IMG/VR virus record: IMGVR_UViG_3300046311_000202
DNA length: 64,000 bases
DNA from: a virus
Lineage: Duplodnaviria; Heunggongvirae; Uroviricota; Caudoviricetes
Reading direction: 5' to 3' (one strand)
In this document: positions 30,503 through 40,257 of the stretch, one piece after another
Layout: each line of letters begins with the position of its first letter
Numbering within the stretch: position 1 is the stretch's first letter
Position numbers and translations under genes: made by a program
The notes under the pieces: model-generated
Database searches by the model: none
What the model was told of the DNA's origin: nothing
Seen by the model: only the letters and a program-made list of their open reading frames with translations

Positions 30503-31054
30503 TTATTCAATTATTTTTATCTTGGCCCCAATTTTAACATGTTCATAAAGCTCATCCATCTCAGAATTACTAACAGCTATACATCCAGCCGTCCAATCTA
30601 TATACCTATGGAACATTCCAAATTTATACCATTTTTTCATCAAACCGTGTATCTTTATATCTCCACCGGCAGACTTATTATTAGCCGAGGCATTACTTAA
30701 GTCTTGTTCGTTAGGGTAAGATATGCCTAAATTTTTATAAGCTACACTATGAGGGTTCTTATCATTTATATAATAAACTCCCTCAGGTGTTTTCCCATCA
30801 CCTTGAAACTCTTTTTTACCATTTGGTCTAAATCCAAGAGCTACCTTATACTTTTTTAGTAACTCACCATCTTGATAAACATACATAGATCTTTTAGACT
30901 TATCTACCTCTATGTAGTCAATAACTGCATTTTTATCTAAGGGCTTATCAAAAAAGAAAAACCCACTAAATAAAAACAATCCTAAAAACACTATTAAACT
31001 CTTCATATTAATGTACTGCTGCATAAGACTCCCCTGTTTGGATATCAATCTCAA
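30503..31054 (-). CDS. L,D-transpeptidase with a YkuD-like catalytic domain and an N-terminal membrane anchor
   Basis: IHGLMKK...HRYIDWTAGCIAVSN matches the YkuD His...(S/T)xGC(I/V) catalytic signature. The N-terminus has a hydrophobic helix, LIVFLGLFLFSGFFFF. Confidence 0.6.
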   Translation of the reverse strand: MRLISKQGSLMQQYINMKSLIVFLGLFLFSGFFFFDKPLDKNAVIDYIEVDKSKRSMYVYQDGELLKKYKVALGFRPNGKKEFQGDGKTPEGVYYINDKNPHSVAYKNLGISYPNEQDLSNASANNKSAGGDIKIHGLMKKWYKFGMFHRYIDWTAGCIAVSNSEMDELYEHVKIGAKIKIIE

Positions 31055-32951
31055 TTTCTACAGGAAAGTTGTATTGTTTATTTACTCTATTTATAGACTG
31101 TTTAAGAGCCTCAATTGTTGAATCTATGTCTTCGTTCTTAACTCTTAATAAAACCTCGTCATGGGCTTGAAAAATGGGTCTAACACCACGTTTAATCATT
31201 TCATACACATAACCATCAAAGACTCTAACACCTGCTGACTGATTACAAGCAGAAAATCTATCTTTTTCAGAGGCTAAAAAGTAGTAAAAGTTTGTAATAG
31301 GGTTCCAAATCCAAGTTTTACCATCTACAACTATTACCTCTCTGTCTTCTGCATATTTCTTAACAGACCAGTTACGACCCCAATACCCATCGTATAAAAT
31401 CTTAGCATCTTTTGTAGTAAGACCAGTAGACTCTTTAAGCTTAGGTACTCCACAACCATAAGTTAAAGCATAGTTACCTGTTTTAGAAGTTGCTCTTTTT
31501 TTACTTACTTTTTCAAATTGCTCAGACAACTCTTCATCTTTATAAACCTTGAATATCTCAGGTAAGTCTTCTCTCTTTTTATCTTTTGTTTTATACCAAC
31601 GAAAGAAGTCAGACTCTTCTTGTGAGATAATACCACTTCTAACACCTAGATCCAAGTGGGCATCCCAACCCGGCCTGTTCATATCTTCAACATATCCAGG
31701 ATCATAAGGATAAATAGAAATCTGTTTCATCTTGTCTTCCAAACTACTAACATCCGAACCAATAAGCACAGAACCTTTAGGAGCTATGATTACACTACGG
31801 ATAAATTCTCCATAAGGGGCTGTCGGCTTTGGTAAATTAACAAACGGTTTGGCATGTTTCAACCTCAAAGTCTTAGTAAAACCGTGAGCATAAGCTACTG
31901 CATAACCATTCTCATCAGCTCTTTCTAAGAAGCCCTTCAAGTAACCTGCTCTGTGTGTTACTACAGATAAACCATCTAAGTGCTCAATAGCCGGCTCCTT
32001 TGCACCTAAAGCTAATACACTCTTACATAACATCTTTTCTTTATCTCTAACTTGTGGCACTTTACCATTTCTACCGTCTTCAAACAATAAAGGTTTCCAA
32101 CCAAGGCCCATCAACCAATCTTTTACTTGTGTAGGACTTCCGGCATTAGGTTCTTCATAACCTGTAATCATGGTAACCTCACCATCATAATCTTCTCTGA
32201 TACCATTTTGTTCTAAGATCTCAAACCATCTAGCTCCGGCAACACTAAGACTACCATCTTTTTTATAACAAACCTTAGGCTTTGTCAAAGACTTCTTGAT
32301 AGGTATTTTTGGCATAGCAGCTTCTAATAAAGCTTTCTTTTCATTCTCAATACCTTGTAGATAGTCTAAGTTTTTTTGACATTGTTCTACATCAATCAAT
32401 ATTTTATCTTCCTCTTGTATCTTAAGGCATGTTAGCTTAAAATTAAGGTAGCTGATAATTCTTACTATATCTCTAGGATCTTGGTAGATCTTTTTAAGAT
32501 AGTTGTATTGTTTAACCCAAAGGTTAGTATTAATCTTAACATCTTCTTCTACCCTGTTTCTGTATTCTTCTATAGAAAGGTTTTCCCAGTTGTCGATCTT
32601 CGGTTTAGGTACACCGAACTCTTCTCCCCAAGAAGCTAAACCATGGTCTCTTTGGCCTCTTTCTGGGTACAAGTACCAAGACAATCCTAAAGAGTCTATT
32701 ACACTAGCTGTAACTTTTATACCAAGTATCTTTTCATACAAGGGTACATCAAACCTAACTATGTTATGGCAGACCAATGTGTTGTCAGGGTTAGTCAAGA
32801 TATTACGCATATCCTCATAGTCAACAGTAGATTTAACTTTCCACTTACCAGACTTATCCATCCAACTTATTCCCATACACCAGATCTTTGTAGACTGATC
32901 TACAAGTCCATCTGACTCTGCATCTATTACGTATATCTTATCTAAATTCAT
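31008..32951 (-). CDS. DNA polymerase, family A, with an N-terminal 3'-5' exonuclease domain
   Basis: Exo I is VIDAESDG. Motif A is DVSSLEDK. Motif B is RATSKTGNYALTYG. Motif C is HDEV. Confidence 0.85.
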   Translation of the reverse strand: MNLDKIYVIDAESDGLVDQSTKIWCMGISWMDKSGKWKVKSTVDYEDMRNILTNPDNTLVCHNIVRFDVPLYEKILGIKVTASVIDSLGLSWYLYPERGQRDHGLASWGEEFGVPKPKIDNWENLSIEEYRNRVEEDVKINTNLWVKQYNYLKKIYQDPRDIVRIISYLNFKLTCLKIQEEDKILIDVEQCQKNLDYLQGIENEKKALLEAAMPKIPIKKSLTKPKVCYKKDGSLSVAGARWFEILEQNGIREDYDGEVTMITGYEEPNAGSPTQVKDWLMGLGWKPLLFEDGRNGKVPQVRDKEKMLCKSVLALGAKEPAIEHLDGLSVVTHRAGYLKGFLERADENGYAVAYAHGFTKTLRLKHAKPFVNLPKPTAPYGEFIRSVIIAPKGSVLIGSDVSSLEDKMKQISIYPYDPGYVEDMNRPGWDAHLDLGVRSGIISQEESDFFRWYKTKDKKREDLPEIFKVYKDEELSEQFEKVSKKRATSKTGNYALTYGCGVPKLKESTGLTTKDAKILYDGYWGRNWSVKKYAEDREVIVVDGKTWIWNPITNFYYFLASEKDRFSACNQSAGVRVFDGYVYEMIKRGVRPIFQAHDEVLLRVKNEDIDSTIEALKQSINRVNKQYNFPVEIEIDIQTGESYAAVH

Positions 32952-32952
32952 A

Positions 32953-33441
32953 TTATTTTGTTATTTTTGCTAATTCCTCTTCGTATGCGTAGTGAGCATC
33001 TAGCTCTGTAGTAAACCTTCCTAAATACTTAACTCTTCCACAAATAGAAATACGTGACACCCACTTACGTGAAGCTTTATTCCAATAAACACCTGTGTAC
33101 TTACTTGTAGAAGGTAAGTGTTTTTTATTAGCATTTTCTCTAAATGATATTACCTCTAAATTTACCGATCTATTATCAAGTCTATCAAAATTAATATGGT
33201 TTACAACTGTAATACGACCATTTGGTACATGCCCTAAAAAAGCACTTGCTACTAAGATATGAACACTATAACTCTTCATTTTTTTATCATTCCATAAGTT
33301 AACAATTAAGTACTTATTTGAGCTAAGACTTTGTTTCATTATCTTAACCTTACCAAACCTAAGACTTCTAACTCTACCTAAATCTGAGACTTCATAAAAA
33401 CCCTCATAATCTTTTACTGGCAACCAATTTTCTACTATCAT
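32953..33441 (-). mobile_element. Free-standing HNH homing endonuclease with NUMOD4, HNH and C-terminal AP2 domains
   Basis: WLPVKDYEGFYEVSDLGRVRS is a NUMOD4 signature. There is an HNH region with conserved His/Asn. YTGVYWNKASRKWVSRI...GRF is an AP2 domain. It lies immediately downstream of polA. Confidence 0.7.
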
Positions 33442-33809
33442 TACTTACAAAATATTTTTAATGTTTTACCACCATCTTGGTATTGTACTTCAACATCTTT
33501 AGCGTTGTAGTTGGTATAAGCTCTTCCATTGTGTGGCTCAGAATGTTGTATTACTTCAACTCTTGTTACTTCTTCTTTCTCTCTATCAGCATAGGCTATC
33601 ATTTCATTCAATAACCCAGAGTCTAAACTATTAACTATCATATCTAGATTTTTCTTATCTGATATCATTGTAGCCATCTTAAAACCTCTCATATAACCTT
33701 CACGAAAATCCTTTTGTCTTTGCTTCTCGTTCATAGCAGATATAAACTTACTTTCTCGCCAAGAATTTTTCCAATCCTCTAACTCTTCGTTTATGTTTGT
33801 GTACTCCAT
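33441..33809 (-). CDS. Hypothetical protein of 122 aa
   Basis: ORF. Confidence 0.45.
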   Translation of the reverse strand: MEYTNINEELEDWKNSWRESKFISAMNEKQRQKDFREGYMRGFKMATMISDKKNLDMIVNSLDSGLLNEMIAYADREKEEVTRVEVIQHSEPHNGRAYTNYNAKDVEVQYQDGGKTLKIFCK

Positions 33810-34078
33810 TACTTCTTACCTTTATTTATTTTGTGAATATTCAGTTTTCTGTTTAAGGATAGTGTTATCTTAGAGTAAACATCTGTAGGTCTAACTAAAG
33901 TCTTTTCAACTCCATCAGACTTAGGATACATTTCTGTAAAATCTTTTCTAAAACAATTAAACACCCCTTTTACTTTAGACTCTTCTTCTTCTATAGAATC
34001 AAAGTCTATAAACTCGTAGGCACTACTTCTATTTGCCATTATTTCTTCTTTTGGTATAACCCTGCATTCATGTCTCAT
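33809..34078 (-). CDS. Hypothetical protein of 89 aa
   Basis: ORF with a -7 box 25 nt upstream at 34103-34110. Confidence 0.45.
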   Translation of the reverse strand: MRHECRVIPKEEIMANRSSAYEFIDFDSIEEEESKVKGVFNCFRKDFTEMYPKSDGVEKTLVRPTDVYSKITLSLNRKLNIHKINKGKK

Positions 34079-34155
34079 AATAATTTGTTTTTAATTTCTA
34101 TGCAAAGATACGAACAACATTTTAATCTCACAAGCTTTTTGTAAAATATTTTTAA

Positions 34156-34227
34156 ATGTTCATTAAAATTGTTTGTTCATTGTGACTGAACGTTCACGTT
34201 TGCGTGAACAGTGTAAAAAAGTGAACA
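34156..34227. repeat. Cluster of six GTTCA(C)/(G)TGAAC half-sites forming nested palindromes
   Basis: GTTCA at 34156 and 34176, TGAAC at 34187, GTTCAC at 34193, GTGAAC at 34204 and 34221. Includes the perfect palindrome ACGTTCACG-tttg-CGTGAACAG. Confidence 0.6.
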
Positions 34228-34228
34228 T

Positions 34229-34258
34229 AAAAAAACCCAACTAAATTAATAGCTGGGT
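34229..34258 (-). terminator. Rho-independent terminator after the helicase gene (minus strand)
   Basis: ACCCAGC...GTTGGGT hairpin followed by T7 when read on the minus strand. Confidence 0.5.
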
Positions 34259-34264
34259 GTAATT

Positions 34265-35428
34265 TTAAAATGGTGCATCTTCATCATCTTCTCCGAAGTC
34301 TACTGCTGCTGGGCTACTAAACGTTTCACCAAAGGCATCAGCAAGTGTAGCTAAAGGTGGTGGAGGTAAAGGCTTCTCAACAACATAAGGCTCTTCCTTT
34401 TTAAACATAGGCACTTCTATTGTTTTAGGAGAAGACATATCTTTGTGTCTGTTCTTTCTTATATTTTCAACATCCGGTATGTTTAACTCTTCTGCATAAA
34501 TATCTAGGTACATACCATCGGCCTCTCTACATTTTAATAAGTGTACATAGTTTACACCAAAAGGTTCTAAAGAAACTCTACCTTTCAAATCCTCTTCTAA
34601 AAAGAACTTCTGTAAGTTTGGATATCTTTCCGGATCCACTTTACTGTACTCCTTGATACCAAGTCTGGTAGGGTTAGTCATAACAGCTACAAAGTCTGCA
34701 ACTTGGAAAGTAAACTGAGAGTAATACAAATCTGAAGGTTGAGGTTGAGCCATGATATCTTTATCTTTAGCTCTTTTAATCATCTCAGAGTTTGTTTGGG
34801 ACAGCAATATAAAAATTACATTCTCATACTCCATCTTTAAGTCATTCACTCTCTCGATAAACTTCTCAATAATAGTATTTCTACTTTCTCCCGAATCACC
34901 AGAAATCAATGCCAAGTGATCGACAGTAATAACAACAGAGTCTTTGTCTTTATTCAATTCTAAGAACTCTTTACAGCCCTCATAAAACTTGTTTGGTGTG
35001 GTAGGTACTTGTGAAATGCTAACTCTATCATCTTGCAAAGAGTCAAAATAAGCTTTAGCTTGAACTTTCTCTTCTTCTGTAAACTCTTGTAACAAGATCT
35101 CTTTCTTAGACTTAGATTTAATATTCTTGGCCATACCACGAAGAACTAAACTAAGAACTCTCATCTCAAGGGATATGTTAAGTACTGCAAAATTGTCAGA
35201 GGTAGGGTTTATTTCTTTATTCAAGATGTTATCTACCATCTTAGCCAAAGTATAACTCTTACCAATACCTGAACCTGCTGAAAATACAATTACTGAACCA
35301 TTAACTACAGGGAACACATCATCAAAATAAGGTAGTCCTGTTTTTATAATACCTTTGTTACCAATTTGGTATTGCTTAATCTCTTGAAAAGCTTTTTTAG
35401 TAAGGTCTCTAAATTTTTGTATTTGCAT
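34265..35428 (-). CDS. Replicative DNA helicase, DnaB/T7 gp4 helicase-domain family
   Basis: Walker A is SAGSGIGKS. Walker B is VVITVDHL. H3 is LSQTN. Has an acidic C-terminal tail, DFGEDDEDAPF. Confidence 0.65.
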   Translation of the reverse strand: MQIQKFRDLTKKAFQEIKQYQIGNKGIIKTGLPYFDDVFPVVNGSVIVFSAGSGIGKSYTLAKMVDNILNKEINPTSDNFAVLNISLEMRVLSLVLRGMAKNIKSKSKKEILLQEFTEEEKVQAKAYFDSLQDDRVSISQVPTTPNKFYEGCKEFLELNKDKDSVVITVDHLALISGDSGESRNTIIEKFIERVNDLKMEYENVIFILLSQTNSEMIKRAKDKDIMAQPQPSDLYYSQFTFQVADFVAVMTNPTRLGIKEYSKVDPERYPNLQKFFLEEDLKGRVSLEPFGVNYVHLLKCREADGMYLDIYAEELNIPDVENIRKNRHKDMSSPKTIEVPMFKKEEPYVVEKPLPPPPLATLADAFGETFSSPAAVDFGEDDEDAPF

Positions 35429-35429
35429 T

Positions 35430-36017
35430 TTATTCTAAGGTTTTAAATTTATTATCAAACATTGTTTGGTGCTTCAAGTAGTACTTGTATAATCTAGACT
35501 CTTCAATATCAAACCTAGTGGTGTACATATTGGCAGGTTTAAAAAATAGATACTCTAATACTTTTGACCACTCAAACTGACTAGTATCATTCATAAAGAC
35601 TTTACAAAGGAAAGCTAACTTATTTCTATCAATGCCAGAGTTAGCTCTAAACAATGCTATATACAACTTTGTTTTCTTTCTATTTCCTATCTCTTTATTC
35701 TCAGACTTATAAACAGACTCTAACCAAGTATACAGTTTTAAATCATCTTCATTTATCATAGGTATTTGCAGCTCTTCTAAGAAAGCATTACCTTTAGGGG
35801 TTAACCTAACACGATTCTGAATAGTATCGCTTTTGTTCTTTGCCTTTACTAAAGAGACATACTCTAAAGACTGATATCTATCTAAAGTAGATAGGGTCAT
35901 AGTCTCTGTGATAATCTCCCACAAACTTTCTGTTTTGTTTTGAGAAATAAGTTGTAAGTTTACAACATCTGTAGGGGAAAACCCCTGCTTCTTTGCGATT
36001 TCAAAGTTTATATACAT
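35430..36017 (-). CDS. Hypothetical protein of 195 aa
   Basis: ORF. A small 33-aa TM ORF at about 36020-36120 and a -7 box at 36125-36132 lie upstream. Confidence 0.5.
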   Translation of the reverse strand: MYINFEIAKKQGFSPTDVVNLQLISQNKTESLWEIITETMTLSTLDRYQSLEYVSLVKAKNKSDTIQNRVRLTPKGNAFLEELQIPMINEDDLKLYTWLESVYKSENKEIGNRKKTKLYIALFRANSGIDRNKLAFLCKVFMNDTSQFEWSKVLEYLFFKPANMYTTRFDIEESRLYKYYLKHQTMFDNKFKTLE

Positions 36018-36167
36018 GCTAAAAAATATTTTTAATTAACCAAATTAGCCCTACTATTTCTGCTGACAGAATAAATAGGTACCAAATAACAACTGCCCAA
36101 AATCTAAATCTTTCTTTCATTGTGCAAAGATACAACTTACTTCTCAATTAACCTAATTAAATCTTAT

Positions 36168-36590
36168 TTATTTTCCTGTACTACCAAAACCACCCTCTCC
36201 ACGGTCAGTTGATGAAAGTTCTTGAACCTCATTAAACGTTATTTGTGGATAAGGTACAATTATAATTTGTCCAACTCTCTCACCAATTTCATACACCATA
36301 CCTTCTTCAGGGTAACGAAACTTAAACATAATAGAACCTCTATAACCAGAGTCAATAACCCCAACAGAGTTAGACAATATTAGTGATGTTTTTGATACCG
36401 AGCTTCTAGGAAAGACTAAACCAACATAACCCTCTGGAATTTCCATAGCAATACCTGTGTCATAGGTAACCATTGAGTTATCCTCGCTCCACTCTTCACT
36501 GATACATGTTAGATCCATTCCGGCATCTCCAGGCTTCCCATAAGTAGGAATTACTGCCTTTTCTGATAATCTTTTTATATTTACTTGCAT
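36168..36590 (-). CDS. dut: dUTP diphosphatase
   Basis: Has the GDAGMDL, SGYRGSIM and RGEGGFGSTG dUTPase motifs. Confidence 0.85.
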   Translation of the reverse strand: MQVNIKRLSEKAVIPTYGKPGDAGMDLTCISEEWSEDNSMVTYDTGIAMEIPEGYVGLVFPRSSVSKTSLILSNSVGVIDSGYRGSIMFKFRYPEEGMVYEIGERVGQIIIVPYPQITFNEVQELSSTDRGEGGFGSTGK

Positions 36591-36958
36591 ACAAATTTTT
36601 TGTTTATTATTTTATAAATTTTGTCCCATGATGGAAGCTCCTCTACACCTTTGTCGTCAATATACATATCTGCTGAGATCTTACGACAATCAGCTTTGTA
36701 GTACTCTATTAAATGTGGAAAATTACAATTAACATAGTGGTAGGGAATGTCATTATCTTTTAGCCAATGCATTGCATCGGACAAAGGGTGACCTTCTCTA
36801 CATGTATTAATCACAATACCAAACCCATCATTATACAACTTTGTAATAGCTTCTTTGGCTCCTTTTCTCATAGGGCCAAGCTTTGGGTAATCACTCATAC
36901 ATATAGTTAGATCGAAATCTATAGCTAATATGTGCTGCGGTTCAAATCTTGGATTCAT
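36581..36958 (-). CDS. HAD-superfamily phosphatase, possibly a 5'-deoxynucleotidase
   Basis: ILAIDFDLTIC is a DxDxT motif I, and YIDDKG matches motif IV. The assignment is motif-based only. Confidence 0.4.
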   Translation of the reverse strand: MNPRFEPQHILAIDFDLTICMSDYPKLGPMRKGAKEAITKLYNDGFGIVINTCREGHPLSDAMHWLKDNDIPYHYVNCNFPHLIEYYKADCRKISADMYIDDKGVEELPSWDKIYKIINKKFVCK

Positions 36959-37674
36959 AGTATACCTTCTTTTATTAAAATTATTTGTACCTTTTCTGCT
37001 AGGTCTTTGATAGTACCATCGTTTACAATTTCATAATTAACCACATAGTCATCAAGAGCTATTTCTGAGGGGTGAAAATCTGTATTGATTGCTCTTGTAC
37101 CATTATCTCTTACTACTCTAATAGTAATACCCCCTCTTTTAGCAACAGCTTCTAATTCATTAGGGAATCTCATGTCTGTAATAACCCAACTAGGATACTT
37201 ACCATCATAAGTCTCTAAATCAAAAGAGTCTGCACTTCTAACTTTAAGAGGTTTATAATCAGCAAATAAAGCATTCACCCATACATTTGTATGTAAGCCA
37301 TCACGCATTGCTTCTGTCCCAAGTTTTTGAAGAAACTCTCTATAAGTCATAGGTACAACAACAGGCTTTGAGTCAACCCAGTCTTCTCCTATCAACTCAT
37401 AATCCCATTCAGAGCTCATATTAGTTTTCTTAAACTCTTGGTCTTCAAACTTTTCTACAGGCACTCCTGCTAATAAGGAACCCATTGCCTTTAGTTTACC
37501 TGCAAACTTCTTAGTCTCAAAACCAGATTGCTCTTCTAACCACCAATTGTGATCCTCAGAAGAAGCTATGTCTTCTAATGTTATACTTCCAACATTATTA
37601 CATAAAAGATACTGTATAATTTTACCAACTGTATCTTTACCACTACCCATCTTACCGTTTATTCCTATAATCAT
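36955..37674 (-). CDS. Deoxynucleoside monophosphate kinase, T4 gp1-like
   Basis: N-terminal MIIGINGKMGSGKDTVGKII resembles T4 gp1 (GVKRSGKDTTADFI) and forms a P-loop. Confidence 0.5.
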   Translation of the reverse strand: MIIGINGKMGSGKDTVGKIIQYLLCNNVGSITLEDIASSEDHNWWLEEQSGFETKKFAGKLKAMGSLLAGVPVEKFEDQEFKKTNMSSEWDYELIGEDWVDSKPVVVPMTYREFLQKLGTEAMRDGLHTNVWVNALFADYKPLKVRSADSFDLETYDGKYPSWVITDMRFPNELEAVAKRGGITIRVVRDNGTRAINTDFHPSEIALDDYVVNYEIVNDGTIKDLAEKVQIILIKEGIL

Positions 37675-37961
37675 TATCCTAAAATTATGTCTCTTAAATG
37701 TTCATTTACATATCTGGTGCCATTTTTAAGGTCTTGCACCTTTGCAAAAAACTTGCCTTTCCTTTTTATAGATTGAAAATGTATTCTCTCACCTTCAACT
37801 GCTGATTCGTAGTCTTCTTCTGCTAATTTCATTTCTACTCTAGCAAAGGCATCTACATCGTCTCCTGATACAAAGTAAACTACATACCAATCATCGTCTT
37901 CTTTTCTTAGTGTTCCTACTGTCATAGCCACTTGTCTTTTAAAATTATATCCCAATAACAA
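37674..37961 (-). CDS. Hypothetical protein of 95 aa
   Basis: ORF. Confidence 0.4.
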   Translation of the reverse strand: MLLGYNFKRQVAMTVGTLRKEDDDWYVVYFVSGDDVDAFARVEMKLAEEDYESAVEGERIHFQSIKRKGKFFAKVQDLKNGTRYVNEHLRDIILG

Positions 37962-38566
37962 ATTTTCTTTTCTGTACCTTTATCATAGTGAGTTATCCAA
38001 ACACAAGGAAACTCTTTTCTAGCTTTGATAAGTCTATCTTTAGTTTTACCTTTTGTTTCTCTAGAATAGTATAACCAACACTCCCAATAGTGGTGCATCT
38101 CCGGAGCAATAAATGTAATAGCTATTTGATACCCAAAAAATACGAAGCTCCAAACAGGTGAGTTTTCAAATCTGTAATCATTACCTGTCCATTTAGTTTT
38201 CCAACCTAAAGGTACAAAATCAAAACCTACTTTTTTAGGTACAGGTTTTCTATATCTTAAGAAACTATTGTACCACTCTATAAAAGGTTTCCTAACATAC
38301 TTACTATCATTCACATACTCAACTGCTTTATCAACAGCATCTTGTGGAGTAAATTTTACCCATTTCCTAGGTAAAAAATAAGGTGTACCTACTGCTACCT
38401 TACCAAAATAGAATTTGATATTTGGTTTTTTAAAAGGTGAGAGGTAAACCTTAAGCCAATAAAATCTCTCTGCAAAAATTCTTAAACTATCTAACATACT
38501 CATATACTGTATTACTATTCCAATTACCACACTGCTCACATGTATCATGTGATGATTCTTCTGCAT
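37922..38566 (-). CDS. Hypothetical protein of 214 aa
   Basis: ORF. Confidence 0.45.
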   Translation of the reverse strand: MQKNHHMIHVSSVVIGIVIQYMSMLDSLRIFAERFYWLKVYLSPFKKPNIKFYFGKVAVGTPYFLPRKWVKFTPQDAVDKAVEYVNDSKYVRKPFIEWYNSFLRYRKPVPKKVGFDFVPLGWKTKWTGNDYRFENSPVWSFVFFGYQIAITFIAPEMHHYWECWLYYSRETKGKTKDRLIKARKEFPCVWITHYDKGTEKKICYWDIILKDKWL

Positions 38567-38780
38567 TTACCTCATACCTAGTATTATTGTTTACAGCCAT
38601 ATCTGCAATCTCTTTCCAATAATAGCTATTAATGTTATCTGAGTTTCTAAGTATCTCTAGCAATAAAGCCCCTCTTAGAGCTCTTTGCTCTTCCTTATCT
38701 GCAAACTCTTCATCACAAATATCTACACCATCTACTATAACGTAACTGCCAAAACAGTGCTCTCCTATTTCTATCTTCAT
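38487..38780 (-). CDS. Hypothetical protein of 97 aa
   Basis: ORF overlapping its neighbour in another frame. Confidence 0.35.
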   Translation of the reverse strand: MKIEIGEHCFGSYVIVDGVDICDEEFADKEEQRALRGALLLEILRNSDNINSYYWKEIADMAVNNNTRYEVNAEESSHDTCEQCGNWNSNTVYEYVR

Positions 38781-38783
38781 ATC

Positions 38784-39074
38784 TTATAGTAATTGCCTTT
38801 GGCCTGAAACTTCTATCAAGTAACTGTTTAGTACAATCTTTTTTAGTAAGATGCTTAGTTCTAGAGAATAAGAATAGTCCATCTCTTTTTTCGGCTTACT
38901 GTGATCAAAGATAAAACCATCTCCGGTATCTGTTATAGATAAGATCTCTTCACCTCTACAATGAGATGTCCAATGTGTACCTTGACTTCTAGATAATATG
39001 TGGGTTATCCCTGTGTCTGTTATTTTTTCTACATAATTATAATCATGTATACCTTCTACAAATATTGCTTCCAT
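38784..39074 (-). CDS. Hypothetical protein of 96 aa
   Basis: ORF. Confidence 0.4.
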   Translation of the reverse strand: MEAIFVEGIHDYNYVEKITDTGITHILSRSQGTHWTSHCRGEEILSITDTGDGFIFDHSKPKKEMDYSYSLELSILLKKIVLNSYLIEVSGQRQLL

Positions 39075-39075
39075 T

Positions 39076-39258
39076 TTATTCTATTTTTTTGTTTCTTTTT
39101 TCGTATTGTAGCTCTGATTGTAATAGGGCTATTTTTTGTTCTAACTCGTATATTCTCTGATTGTCAAAATGAGACTTACCCATTTTTGGCTGTTTGAGTG
39201 TAGCTAAATCTGACTTAAAATGATTTAACTTATCTCTTATTGTTTTGATGATATCCAT
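39076..39258 (-). CDS. Hypothetical coiled-coil protein of 60 aa
   Basis: ORF. Confidence 0.35.
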   Translation of the reverse strand: MDIIKTIRDKLNHFKSDLATLKQPKMGKSHFDNQRIYELEQKIALLQSELQYEKRNKKIE

Positions 39259-39752
39259 TGTTCAAATTTGTTTTTAAATTTTGTCTCTTCTTGCACTTCG
39301 GGTAATAAAAGCCTCATCCTAGCCTTAGCAGATGCCCAAGCATTTGGGAACTCATCTTCTAACTTTTCAAACTCATGGCTATATAATAATTGGTCAAACC
39401 TAGTATGCTCATCTAATGTTAAATATACACAGTTTGTTAATTTGGCCTGTACACTTGGATGCCTAGCCTTATCAAAAAGGTGACAGCAATTTGCTCTAGT
39501 CGGAAAAAGTATACTTACACCACTATGCTCAGAGCTTCTACAATTAGCTATATGGTATTCAAAATAAGTATCTCGTATTGCAGATTGCGATTTGCGGTAC
39601 TCCTTGTTTTTTGCAGTTTGTTTTACAGCTATTAGTTTTCTTTTTATACCACTAGAAGCTGCGATAGCACAACCTCGGCATCTCTTTTTTGAGAACCAAG
39701 GTTGATCATCTCTACCACATTCAATGCATACCTTATTTTTCGCCTTTATCAT
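39237..39752 (-). CDS. Zn-finger protein, possible Rap/NinG-like or HNH-like nuclease
   Basis: N-terminal CIECG...CRGC (Cx2C-x11-Cx2C) is followed by a CCHLF...LTLDEH region. Weak resemblance only. Confidence 0.3.
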   Translation of the reverse strand: MIKAKNKVCIECGRDDQPWFSKKRCRGCAIAASSGIKRKLIAVKQTAKNKEYRKSQSAIRDTYFEYHIANCRSSEHSGVSILFPTRANCCHLFDKARHPSVQAKLTNCVYLTLDEHTRFDQLLYSHEFEKLEDEFPNAWASAKARMRLLLPEVQEETKFKNKFEQWISSKQ

Positions 39753-39957
39753 TCTTAGGCTTTCTTTTTCTATAAGGTCTTTTTTTCTTAGGTGCTGGTT
39801 TTTCTTCTTCCAAAAAAACTGGTTTTTCCTCTTCGGTGTTATTTAAAACAGGTACATCTTTAACCCAAAACTTAGGGCTAATCAAGCTGTATATAAATAA
39901 ACCAAACAATAGTCCTGTGATTGACCATCCAACTACTTCCATAATAATTTTGCCCAT
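39733..39957 (-). CDS. Small membrane protein with a Lys-rich C-terminus
   Basis: TM helix SITGLLFGLFIYSLI followed by KKKRPYRKRKPK. Confidence 0.4.
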   Translation of the reverse strand: MGKIIMEVVGWSITGLLFGLFIYSLISPKFWVKDVPVLNNTEEEKPVFLEEEKPAPKKKRPYRKRKPKNDKGEK

Positions 39958-39978
39958 TTACAGTTGGCTCTTCTGATT

Positions 39979-40257
39979 TTAAAACTTAATAATGATTGAT
40001 AATAAAAATACCATAAGGCATACAAATAAGAATACAGCAAACCTGTTTTCTAAAACTGTAGTCCCTTTTAGTTCATTCTCTTCTTCTAAGAGATCTCTTA
40101 GTACAGATGCTTTCCTGATATCAGTAAAGTAAAACCCATCTTCTCCGTGATAATGTGTGTCTGCGACTACATCAAAGACTTTAAATAGCTCTTCTACAGC
40201 ATATAACTCTAAGTCTGGATGCCGTGAAACAATAAACTCTCTTGTTACTATATTCAT
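39979..40257 (-). CDS. Hypothetical protein with a C-terminal TM segment
   Basis: ORF with a -7 box at 40277-40284. Confidence 0.4.
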   Translation of the reverse strand: MNIVTREFIVSRHPDLELYAVEELFKVFDVVADTHYHGEDGFYFTDIRKASVLRDLLEEENELKGTTVLENRFAVFLFVCLMVFLLSIIIKF

